The notes under the pieces were generated by a model. The model did no database searches, was not told where the DNA came from, and saw nothing but the letters and a program-made list of their open reading frames with translations. Both the position numbers and the translations under genes were made by a program. This document shows positions 1 through 9,355 of a DNA stretch of 64,000 bases, piece by piece (positions within the stretch are counted from its first letter, which is position 1; the number at the start of each line of letters is the position of its first letter). The DNA comes from Myxococcota bacterium (GTDB taxonomy: Bacteria > Myxococcota_A > UBA796 > UBA2385): NCBI GenBank assembly GCA_044344255.1, contig JBIJDH010000009.1:96001-160000 (forward strand). Direction: 5' to 3'.

Positions 1-610
1 CCTGCGCAACCTCGCACGCGAGGGGGCGATGGAGCTTGACCTCGACCAGACCATCGACCGCACCTGCCAAAACGCGGGTGAGATCGAGCTCGCGTACGAC
101 CGGGAGCGGCAGAACCGGGTGCACCTCGTGCTCGTGATGGACACGGGCGGCTCGATGAGCCCCCACACCCGCCTCGTCGAGCAGCTCTTCACCGCGGCCC
201 AAGAGATGAAGGGTTTCAAGACCTTTCAGGCGCTCTATTTTCACAACGCGCCCTATGGGTTCCTCTTCGAAGACTACGACACCTACAAGCGCCGGCCGAT
301 CGACGAGATCATGCGGGACTGGACCCCGCAGCACCGCCTGCTGTTCGTCGGCGACGCCTCGATGGCGCCCTATGAGCTGTTCACCCCCTTTGGCTTCGAC
401 CCCTGGCGCACGAACGGCGGCCACCTCTCCGGCCTCGACTGGCTCCAGTTCATGAGGCGGCGCTGCCCGGCCAGCGCCTGGGTCAACCCGGACCCCCAGC
501 GCTGGTGGGACCACCCCACCGTGCGCGCGATCGGCGGGGTCTTTCCGATGTTCCCCCTGACGATGGAGGGGCTCCGAGACGCCGTGCGCTCCCTCCGCGC
601 ACCCACCTGA
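1..610 (+). CDS. VWA domain protein, CoxE-like (5'-truncated by window edge)
   Basis: Frame open from position 2 (LRNLAREGAMELDLDQTI...). MIDAS-like VMDTGGSM, YFHN, FVGDASMAPYEL and WVNP motifs fit CoxE-like VWA proteins. Confidence 0.8.
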   Translation, partial: LRNLAREGAMELDLDQTIDRTCQNAGEIELAYDRERQNRVHLVLVMDTGGSMSPHTRLVEQLFTAAQEMKGFKTFQALYFHNAPYGFLFEDYDTYKRRPIDEIMRDWTPQHRLLFVGDASMAPYELFTPFGFDPWRTNGGHLSGLDWLQFMRRRCPASAWVNPDPQRWWDHPTVRAIGGVFPMFPLTMEGLRDAVRSLRAPT

Positions 611-632
611 CCGCCCCACCGAGAGTGCCCTG

Positions 633-1175
633 ATGTTGCCGCTGCTCCGAACCGGGCTCCCCCGCGCCCGCGCCGCCACCCTCACGCTGCCGCTCCCTCT
701 GAGACTCACCCTGTCTATCGCCCTCGCCGCCTGCGGAGACAAGGGTGACTCGGGGGCCATCGCCTGCGAGCCTGGAGCCGCCGAGGCGGGCCACCTCGTG
801 GGCGAGCTCGACGGCGCGGCCTACGACGCGCCGGAGGCCACCTGGACCTGGTCTGGAGAGAACCTCCAGATCAACACCGCCACCCACGAGGGGTGGCACA
901 TGACGGTGGTCGGAAAGGAGACCGACGGCGGCAGCGTGAAGGCCGCCGCGGACGCCGGGGACTACCCGATCGAGGTCAAGCTGTCCGACGCCGGCGGCGG
1001 CTTCGCGCTCGCTTATCCGGCGTCGGGCTCGACCTACACATCGGACGCGGGCGGCGGCTCCCTCGTCTTCACCGAGATCGGGGCCGAGGCGGTGGGCTGC
1101 GTCTCCTTCGAGGCCTCCGACGGGTCGGAGACGGTCACGCTGTCCGGGGGCGCCTTTCGCGCCGTCGCGTTCTGA
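633..1175 (+). CDS. hypothetical lipoprotein
   Basis: Hydrophobic N-terminus with lipobox-like LAACG; strongly GC3-biased codons; beta-rich mature part. Confidence 0.65.
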   Translation: MLPLLRTGLPRARAATLTLPLPLRLTLSIALAACGDKGDSGAIACEPGAAEAGHLVGELDGAAYDAPEATWTWSGENLQINTATHEGWHMTVVGKETDGGSVKAAADAGDYPIEVKLSDAGGGFALAYPASGSTYTSDAGGGSLVFTEIGAEAVGCVSFEASDGSETVTLSGGAFRAVAF

Positions 1176-1205
1176 CGGCTTCACCGTAAACCGACGTTAC
1201 ACCTA

Positions 1206-1835
1206 TCAGAAGGTGTGCTCCGGCAGGGCCATGTTGGCGGCCTTCATCGCCCGAGCCACCGCGGTGACGAGGTTGAAGTCTCCGCAGTCGTCGGCCACAC
1301 GAGCGGCCTCTCGGAGCGCGGCCTCGGTGCGATCGGGGAGGCGGGCCAGGGTGAGGAGGGCGAGGATCCGCTCCCGATGGTCACCAGCGGCGATGGCACC
1401 GTCGAGCGCGAGCTCGGCCATCCGCTCGCCCTCCTCGAGCTCGCCCGCGTCGAGGCGGGCGTTGGCCCAGGCCACCGCGGTGTCCGGGGCGGCGGGCGGG
1501 CGGGCGACGGCGGCCTGCGCCATCGCCGCGGCCTGGAGCTGGCGAAGCGCGGCGAGCCCATCCGCGTCACCGGCGCTGCGAGCCGCCCGGAGGCCCTGCG
1601 TGAGGGCGGCCATCGCACCGGCGGCGTCGGCCTGATGCAGGCGAGCCTGCGCGACCCAGGCGTAGATGCGGGCCTCCAGCTTTGGACGGCCCTTCGCCGC
1701 GTCCAGCGCCGCAGGCGCCGCGGCGAGGGCGGCCCCGCTGTCGCCGCGTTGGAGGGCCAGGTACATCCCATACGCGAGCTGATCGGCGCTCGTCCCGGCG
1801 TCCGGCGGGCTGTCCGAGCTCGACATCTCAGCCAT
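1206..1835 (-). CDS. hypothetical alpha-helical/TPR-like protein
   Basis: Ala-rich helical-repeat pattern; ATG at 1835 overlaps the stop of the upstream ahcY-like gene. Confidence 0.6.
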   Translation of the reverse strand: MAEMSSSDSPPDAGTSADQLAYGMYLALQRGDSGAALAAAPAALDAAKGRPKLEARIYAWVAQARLHQADAAGAMAALTQGLRAARSAGDADGLAALRQLQAAAMAQAAVARPPAAPDTAVAWANARLDAGELEEGERMAELALDGAIAAGDHRERILALLTLARLPDRTEAALREAARVADDCGDFNLVTAVARAMKAANMALPEHTF

Positions 1836-2994
1836 GCCCCCGCCGGAGGGCCTGCAGGGCGAGCCCCGCCGCTTCTTGTTCGATCGCGAGCGGCACGATG
1901 TGCTCACCGGGGGCCGGAGTGGCGCGCGTGAGCCACTCGAGCGTCAACCCCAGGACCGCGAAGTGGAGCAGCACGGGCTCGGGCGAGCCCGAGTTCATCA
2001 CGATGTTGAGCGGGTGCCCATCGCTCAGCAAGACGAGGCGGGGGCCCTCCTCGAGCTTGTAGCCGACCACGTGATCCGAGATCTGGTCGACGCTGGTAGC
2101 CGCGGCCTTGATCGCCGGGACGTCGAGCTCATCACCGCCGTGCCCGGCGTTGATCAGGACCACGCCGTCCCGCGCCCCGCGGAGCGTGTTTGGGGTGACG
2201 ACCGAGCGTTGCCCCGTGCAGGTGACGATGATGCCGACCCGACCCACACACTCGGCGAGGCTGCTCGTGGGGTAGCCGTCGTAATGTGCGCAGAGGCTCT
2301 GAATGGCGTCGGTCTCGACGACCTCGACCTGCGCTCCCGCGGCGCGGGCATAGGCGCAGACCCCACGCCCCACCGGACCGTAGCCGATGACCCCGACCCG
2401 GCGGCCGCTCAGGTGCATGCCGGTGAGGGTCTGGACGGCGTGCCAGAGGCCCTCCCCGACGCCGTGCCGGTTCTCAATCGCCGGCTTTAGACGGCCATCA
2501 TTGATGTTGATCACGGGGAAGGGGGCGTCGACACCGGAGAGGGCGGTCATTCCCGACTTCGTGACCTCCACGGCGCCCAGCGTCCGGGCCGCCTGTTCCG
2601 GCCGATGCCGCAGGAGGGTGCCGATGAGGTCCGCGCCCACGTCCGCGACGAGCTCGGGCTCGTGATCGAGGACCTGGAGCAGGGAGTCCTCACGGCTGCC
2701 CGTGGTGTAGACGGGGAGCCCGTCGTCGCGGAGGAGATCGACCACCCCGTGATCGGTGGTGGCCTCGGAGGCCCCGCAGAGCACCCAGTCGCCGCCACCG
2801 AGCACGAGCTCCCGCACCAGGGCCGCCGTGAGCGTCGTGAGGTGCGCAGAGATCGCGATGGTGCGCCCTTCGAAGGGGCGAGTGGCAGCCCAGCGGTTCC
2901 CAAGCAGGGGAAGTATCGGAAAGAAGGCGTTTATCCTGGCGAGCTCCGCCGCCGCACGCGCAGAACGATTCTCGGGGCGGTGCTTCCTCTCCAT
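1828..2994 (-). CDS. ahcY: adenosylhomocysteinase (SAH hydrolase) family protein, divergent active site
   Basis: RPFEG-TI---HLT, FPVININD--LK---ENRHG-G, GYGPVGRG Rossmann motif, NAGH, LL-DG--LN; GGAGG upstream of ATG. Confidence 0.8.
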   Translation of the reverse strand: MERKHRPENRSARAAAELARINAFFPILPLLGNRWAATRPFEGRTIAISAHLTTLTAALVRELVLGGGDWVLCGASEATTDHGVVDLLRDDGLPVYTTGSREDSLLQVLDHEPELVADVGADLIGTLLRHRPEQAARTLGAVEVTKSGMTALSGVDAPFPVININDGRLKPAIENRHGVGEGLWHAVQTLTGMHLSGRRVGVIGYGPVGRGVCAYARAAGAQVEVVETDAIQSLCAHYDGYPTSSLAECVGRVGIIVTCTGQRSVVTPNTLRGARDGVVLINAGHGGDELDVPAIKAAATSVDQISDHVVGYKLEEGPRLVLLSDGHPLNIVMNSGSPEPVLLHFAVLGLTLEWLTRATPAPGEHIVPLAIEQEAAGLALQALRRGHG

Positions 2995-3121
2995 CGGCTC
3001 CTCCAGTGGGGCCTGAGCGCCAGGCCAGCCGGGCCCCTATCCCACCCGCGCACAGACGGCGGCGCCACGGCGGAGCGACGACGAACCGGGTCCGGCCCTG
3101 GAGCCACACCCTTCGGGGAGC

Positions 3122-3811
3122 TCAGGCCGGAAAGACCCAGCCGTCAAGCCAATTCTGAAGGATCTTCTTTCCGTGATCGGTGGCGCTGACGGGGGCCTCG
3201 ATGCCCCGCGCGTGGAGGAGGTCGCGCATCGCGGCCTCGCTCATCTCGGGGTGGAATTGGACCGCCCGCAGGCGGCGCCCCCAGGCGAAGCTCTGCCAGG
3301 CCGTGTTCTCATTCCCGCCAAGGAGCACCGCCCCCTCGGGCGGCCGCACCAGGATGTCGCGGTGGGTGGACTGCACCCGCAGCGTGTCGGGAAGCCCCTC
3401 GAAGAGCGGGTCGGCCCGGCCCGCTTCGGTGAGCCCGACGCTGATGGTGCCGTACTCCCCGCCGCGCGGGTTCGCCTCCACCCTCCCCCCGAGGGCCTCT
3501 CCGACGAGCTGATGGCCGAAGCAGACGGCGAGCACGGGCACCCGTTCGGAGGCCCGCAGCGTCCAGGCGGCGAGGGCGCCCATCCAAGGGGCCTCGTCGC
3601 GCACCGACAGGGGAGAGCCGGTGAGCAGGATCCCGTCCCAGCCCTCCATCATCGGCAGCGTATCCTTGGAATAGGCCCTTACCACAGATGGGCGTGCGCC
3701 GGCTCCCTCAAGAAAGCGTACAAACCAACTGTCATAATCGCCGTGTGTGGCGATCACCGCTGGGTTGGTGGAGCCGGTCTGGACGACGAGGACGCGCGGT
3801 GCAGGGGGCAT
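3122..3811 (-). CDS. class I glutamine amidotransferase (GMP-synthase-like GATase)
   Basis: ILLTGS, nucleophile elbow AVCFGHQ, VQFHPE (Cys-His-Glu triad). Confidence 0.9.
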   Translation of the reverse strand: MPPAPRVLVVQTGSTNPAVIATHGDYDSWFVRFLEGAGARPSVVRAYSKDTLPMMEGWDGILLTGSPLSVRDEAPWMGALAAWTLRASERVPVLAVCFGHQLVGEALGGRVEANPRGGEYGTISVGLTEAGRADPLFEGLPDTLRVQSTHRDILVRPPEGAVLLGGNENTAWQSFAWGRRLRAVQFHPEMSEAAMRDLLHARGIEAPVSATDHGKKILQNWLDGWVFPA

Positions 3812-3837
3812 CTGCTCCCCTATCCTGACCGGGCGCC

Positions 3838-4725
3838 TCAGCCCTCGAAGCACTCACGGATGAGCTGCCGCACCACATGGGGCAGCTCCTGCCACACCGG
3901 CGCGCGGTACCGCCGGCCTCGTCCGGCCCGGGCCATCCGCTCGCAGGTGCGGACGCCCTGCGGCTCCTCGGCCCCCACCTGGACCACGTGGAGCAGCGGG
4001 TAACGAGCGGCCACCTTCACGGGGTCCCAGCCGACGTTGGCGATGCCGTCGGTCATGATGATGCCGGCTCGCTCCCGCCGCGAGGAGCGGTTGAGCTGTT
4101 CGAGGCCCATCAGCAGCCCGCCCTCGATGTTGGTGTAGCCCTGCGCGGGCACCCCGAGCACCCGCCGCACGAGCTCACGCACCGGCACCTCGGAGCCCAT
4201 CGGCACGAGCAGGTGAGCGACGGTGTCAAAGCTCACGGCCGCGAGGCGGTCGAGCTTGATGCGGAGGATGGCGGCGGCGAGGGCGGTGAGGGCGATCTTC
4301 TCGCCCGTCATGGACAGGGACATGTCGAGGATCACGACCACGTCAGCCTCTCGGGGCTCTCGCCGTCGAATGACGATGTCTTCGGGCCGCCAGGGCCTTG
4401 GCACCTCGACGGTGGAATCGACGTCGAGCTCCCCATCGGCGGGGTAGCCGTGCGCCACAGAGACCATGGGCCGCGCCGCGTGACGGAGCATCTCGCGGGC
4501 CCGATCGAGGACCGCGTCTACTGCCCGCTCCTCGACCTCTCTTCGGAGGGAGGAGGGCAGGACGCGCTTCAGCTTGTGGAGCTGGGTGGCGGCCTCCCAG
4601 CCGGTGGGGAGCTGCGCGAGCTGGAGATCGAGAGACGGAGTGGCCACATAGGGCTGAAAGGGGGACTCTCGATCGTGCTCAGGGTCCGAGCCCGCCTCTC
4701 CGAGGTCGAGCTGCGGCTTCGTCAC
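3838..4725 (-). CDS. VWA domain protein (possibly the C-terminal part of a frameshifted AAA-VWA fusion)
   Basis: Complete MIDAS: ILDMSLSM, GYTNI, MTDG. GTG start overlaps the upstream TGA. Confidence 0.85.
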   Translation of the reverse strand: MTKPQLDLGEAGSDPEHDRESPFQPYVATPSLDLQLAQLPTGWEAATQLHKLKRVLPSSLRREVEERAVDAVLDRAREMLRHAARPMVSVAHGYPADGELDVDSTVEVPRPWRPEDIVIRRREPREADVVVILDMSLSMTGEKIALTALAAAILRIKLDRLAAVSFDTVAHLLVPMGSEVPVRELVRRVLGVPAQGYTNIEGGLLMGLEQLNRSSRRERAGIIMTDGIANVGWDPVKVAARYPLLHVVQVGAEEPQGVRTCERMARAGRGRRYRAPVWQELPHVVRQLIRECFEG

Positions 4726-5618
4726 CGCGGTGGAGTTTTTTTTTGCAGGTCCTTCAGCACGAGCTCGAAGGGGGTCTCGCGGGCGTCCTGGAGCTCGATG
4801 CGGGTGGGGAGGGCCATGGCCGCGGCGGCGTCGAGGTCTCCACCGAGCTCCGTCGCGAGATCGGCGATGGCCACGGCCGCGCGCACGCTGGCGCCCCGGC
4901 GGATGCGCGGATCGGAGCGGGTGGCGCGCACCAGGGCCACTGCGGCGACGATGAGGTCACGCTCCGGCTCCCGCTGGGCCTCCTGGAGCACGATCACCTG
5001 CTCCTCCTCTGCGCTCTGGTAGCCGAGGCGCACCAGCTCGAAGCGGTCGAGCAGGGCCTCCGAGAGGTGGCCGGTGGCCACGAATTCAGCGGGGTTCTGC
5101 GTAGCGACCACGCCGAAGCCTTGGCGGGCCCGCACGAGGCCAAAGTGGGGGACATGCACGATCCCCTCGTCGAGGGCCGGCAACAGGACGTTTTGGACCC
5201 CCTCGGGCATCCGGTTGAGCTCATTGATGAAGAGGATGGCCCCCTCCCGCATCGCCGTGACCAGCGGACCGGCGACGAAGAGCTCGGGCAGGTACCCCTT
5301 CTCGAGGACGCCCGGCGGATCGAAGTGCCCGACCAGCTTGGCCTCGCTGTACCGCCCGTCTCCGTCGACCCGCACCCAGCCGCGGCCGATCCCCTCGGTG
5401 ACCGCGCGAGCCAGGGCCGTCTTGCCGACGCCGACGGGGCCCTCGAGCAAGACGTTGCGCCCCGTACGCAGCCCGGCCACGAGGGCCCTGAGCTCTGCGC
5501 GGCGCCCGACGATGCCATGGGCCAGCGCGAGGCTGTCGATGTCCAGGGGCGGGTGACGGCTCGGCCCGCCGAGTGAGCCGAGGGGAGCGCCGAGAGGGGA
5601 GCGGCTGTCGTGGTCCAT
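4722..5618 (-). CDS. MoxR family AAA+ ATPase
   Basis: Walker A GPVGVGKT, Walker B-like LFINELNR, VATQNP, ALLDRF, GASVRA. Confidence 0.9.
   Translation of the reverse strand: MDHDSRSPLGAPLGSLGGPSRHPPLDIDSLALAHGIVGRRAELRALVAGLRTGRNVLLEGPVGVGKTALARAVTEGIGRGWVRVDGDGRYSEAKLVGHFDPPGVLEKGYLPELFVAGPLVTAMREGAILFINELNRMPEGVQNVLLPALDEGIVHVPHFGLVRARQGFGVVATQNPAEFVATGHLSEALLDRFELVRLGYQSAEEEQVIVLQEAQREPERDLIVAAVALVRATRSDPRIRRGASVRAAVAIADLATELGGDLDAAAAMALPTRIELQDARETPFELVLKDLQKKTPPR
4736..4744 (-). promoter_or_regulatory. A9 slippery tract (candidate -1 frameshift / transcriptional slippage site)
   Basis: Nine consecutive A on the coding strand (CAA AAA AAA ACT) four codons before the MoxR stop; the -1 frame runs into the VWA ORF. 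Confidence 0.65.
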
Positions 5619-5695
5619 GGTGGGGCCCCAAGAGGGTGTCCGCCCTATCCCGTCCCTCGGCCGACGGGAGGCGGGGGACCGGATATGCCCGCCCG

Positions 5696-8044
5696 ATGCG
5701 CCCCGACCCGTCGAACGTCACCTTCCGGCCCCACGCGCTCGCCCTCCCGGCGCGCATCGCGCTGACCGCCGCCTCCCTCGGCCTGGCCTGCACCGGCGCA
5801 CCCTCCGAGCCGGTCACCCCGAAGCCGTCCACGGACGCTCGACCGAACATCTTGCTCGTCACGCTCGACACCACCCGCGCCGACGCGCTCAGCATCTACG
5901 GCAACAAGCGGGCCGCCACCCCTCGAATCGCGGCGCTGGCGGAGCAGGGGACTCGCTTCTCCCGCGCCTTTACGGTCACCCCGCTGACCATCCCGGCCCA
6001 CTCCTCGATCTTCACCGGCCTCTACCCGCCCCGACACGGCGTGAGGGACAACGGTGACTTCTTCCTCGGCCCGGAGGCCTTCACCCTGGCGGAGCGCCTC
6101 CAAGGCGCGGGCTACCAGACCTTCGCCTCCGTCGGCGCGGAGGTCACGTCCCATCATTGGGGCTTCAACCAGGGCTTCGACCAGTACTTTGACGACATGG
6201 GCCAGCCGACCGAGGCGGAGGCGAACCGCTGGCGGGTGGAGCGGCGAGGCGACCTCGTGGTCAACGACGCCCTCGGCTGGCTCGGCGCTCATGACGCCGA
6301 GCCCGCACCCTGGTTCGGCTGGGTCCACCTCTTCGACGCGCACCACCCCTACGCCGCGCCGAGCCCCTATGCGGAGCAGTACCCGGACCAGCCCTACCTC
6401 GCCGAGGTGGCCTTCCTCGACGCCCAGGTGGGCCGCCTGATCGATGACCTCCAGGCCCGCGGCGCGCTCGACCACACCTTCGTCATCGTCACCGCCGACC
6501 ACGGGGAGGGGCTCGGCTCTCACGGGGAGGCGATGCACGGCGTGCTGCTCTACAACGCCACCACCCGCATCCCGCTCGTGATGCGCCCCCCCGGCGGTCA
6601 GTCCAAGGCGGGCTTCGTCCACTTCGCCGTCAGCCTCGTCGATCTACTCCCCACGGCGCTCTCCGTCGCGGGCTTGCCGGCGCCCGAGGGCCTGGACGGG
6701 CAGGACCTCCAGCGCTGGGTGGCGCCCCCCGATCAGCAGCCCATCGCCGTCCTCGAGCGCTCTGTCCTCATCGAGTCCCTCTACGGCTGGCGTCATTACG
6801 GCTGGGCGCCCCAGCGGGCCTTGGTGGGCCGAGACGTCAAGGTCATCGACTCCACCACCCCCGAGATGTACACGCGCGACGACGTGATCGAGCTCACCGA
6901 CATCGCCGCCCAGCACCCCGAGGAGGTTTCCTCCGCGGTCCGCGACCTCGCCGCCCGATACGCCACGTGGTCCGACGTCCAGACCCTATCGGGCACCGCC
7001 GACCAGAGCGGCGAGCGGATGGCTCAGCTCGAGGCCCTCGGGTACATGACCAGCGGCACGCCCACCGTCGGCCAGGGCTTCGGAGAGGGCCTCCCCGACC
7101 CCGTGAAGCACCTCCCGGCGCTGCGGGAGATGGAGCGCGCCCGCAGCGCCCTCCAGCGGGGAGACCTCCCCGGCGCCGAGGCGGCCGCCCGCGCCCTCAT
7201 CGCCGCAGAGCCGGGCCTCGTCGAAGCCAAGAGCCTGCTCGCCCAGATCCTCTCTCGCTCGGGCCAGACCGACGCGGCGATGGAGCTGCTCACGACCCTG
7301 GACGCGGCCCAGCCCGCCACCGGAACCAAGGTGGCGATGGCCTCCCTGCTCCTCCAGCGCGGGCAGCCTCGGCGCTCGCTGCCCCTCTACGCCGCGGCGC
7401 TCGAGACCGATCCCTACTACGCCCCGGCCTGGACCGGCTACCTCCACGCCCTGTTCCTCTCCGGCGAATTCCAGCAGCTCGAGGCCGAGCTGAACCGAGC
7501 CCACAGCCGCATCCCTGACCTTCAGGCCGCTCAAACCCTGGGTGGCGTCCTGCACGCGGCGCGCGGAAAGTGGGGCCCCGCCGGTACGATGCTCTCCGCC
7601 GCTCAGGCGCGAGAGCCCTATCAGCCCTTCTTGAACCTCGGGCTCGGGATGGTGGCGATGTCCGCCGGCGAGGCCGAGGCGGCCGAGGGCCACTTCACAG
7701 AGGAGATCGCGCTCTATCCACCCGCCATCCCGGCGCGGAAGGAGCTCGTGAAGCTGTATGCAGGTCAGTCCCGGTATGCGGAGCAGCTCGAGCAGCTCGA
7801 GCCGCTCGTGAGGTTTCAGCCCGAGGACACGCTGAACCACCGGGCCCGCGCCCAGGCGCTCTTCAACCTCGGGAGGTACCCCGAGGCGAAGGCGGCCCTG
7901 AAGGGCTGCCTGGACCGGGAGCCGGAGGACGACGCCTGCCTGCTCCTCCTCGCCAACACCCAGGGCAAGCTCGGCGAGACCGAAGCCGCGAAGGCCACCT
8001 TCGAGAAGGCGAAGGTGGCGCACGCGGCGAAGGGCCCCCGCTGA
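5696..8044 (+). CDS. sulfatase-like hydrolase/transferase lipoprotein with C-terminal TPR repeats
   Basis: PNILLVTLDTTRAD, TxPxH in place of CxPxR, HLFDAHHPY, TADHGE, LEALGY; TPR pattern after about aa 480; lipobox LGLAC. Confidence 0.85.
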   Translation: MRPDPSNVTFRPHALALPARIALTAASLGLACTGAPSEPVTPKPSTDARPNILLVTLDTTRADALSIYGNKRAATPRIAALAEQGTRFSRAFTVTPLTIPAHSSIFTGLYPPRHGVRDNGDFFLGPEAFTLAERLQGAGYQTFASVGAEVTSHHWGFNQGFDQYFDDMGQPTEAEANRWRVERRGDLVVNDALGWLGAHDAEPAPWFGWVHLFDAHHPYAAPSPYAEQYPDQPYLAEVAFLDAQVGRLIDDLQARGALDHTFVIVTADHGEGLGSHGEAMHGVLLYNATTRIPLVMRPPGGQSKAGFVHFAVSLVDLLPTALSVAGLPAPEGLDGQDLQRWVAPPDQQPIAVLERSVLIESLYGWRHYGWAPQRALVGRDVKVIDSTTPEMYTRDDVIELTDIAAQHPEEVSSAVRDLAARYATWSDVQTLSGTADQSGERMAQLEALGYMTSGTPTVGQGFGEGLPDPVKHLPALREMERARSALQRGDLPGAEAAARALIAAEPGLVEAKSLLAQILSRSGQTDAAMELLTTLDAAQPATGTKVAMASLLLQRGQPRRSLPLYAAALETDPYYAPAWTGYLHALFLSGEFQQLEAELNRAHSRIPDLQAAQTLGGVLHAARGKWGPAGTMLSAAQAREPYQPFLNLGLGMVAMSAGEAEAAEGHFTEEIALYPPAIPARKELVKLYAGQSRYAEQLEQLEPLVRFQPEDTLNHRARAQALFNLGRYPEAKAALKGCLDREPEDDACLLLLANTQGKLGETEAAKATFEKAKVAHAAKGPR

Positions 8045-8060
8045 GCCCGAGCCGAGCGGC

Positions 8061-9296
<1,236 letters not shown>

Positions 9297-9355
9297 GGTG
9301 CGTCTCCAGGGGGTGAGATCGGGGATCCAAGGGTACCAAGCGAGGCCGCGCTCGG

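Noticed and set aside
2995..3121. SAH riboswitch upstream of the ahcY-like gene
   Set aside because: GGCGCTC and CCAGG are present, but the GAGGAGCG core and P1 pairing are not; an Rfam scan would be needed.
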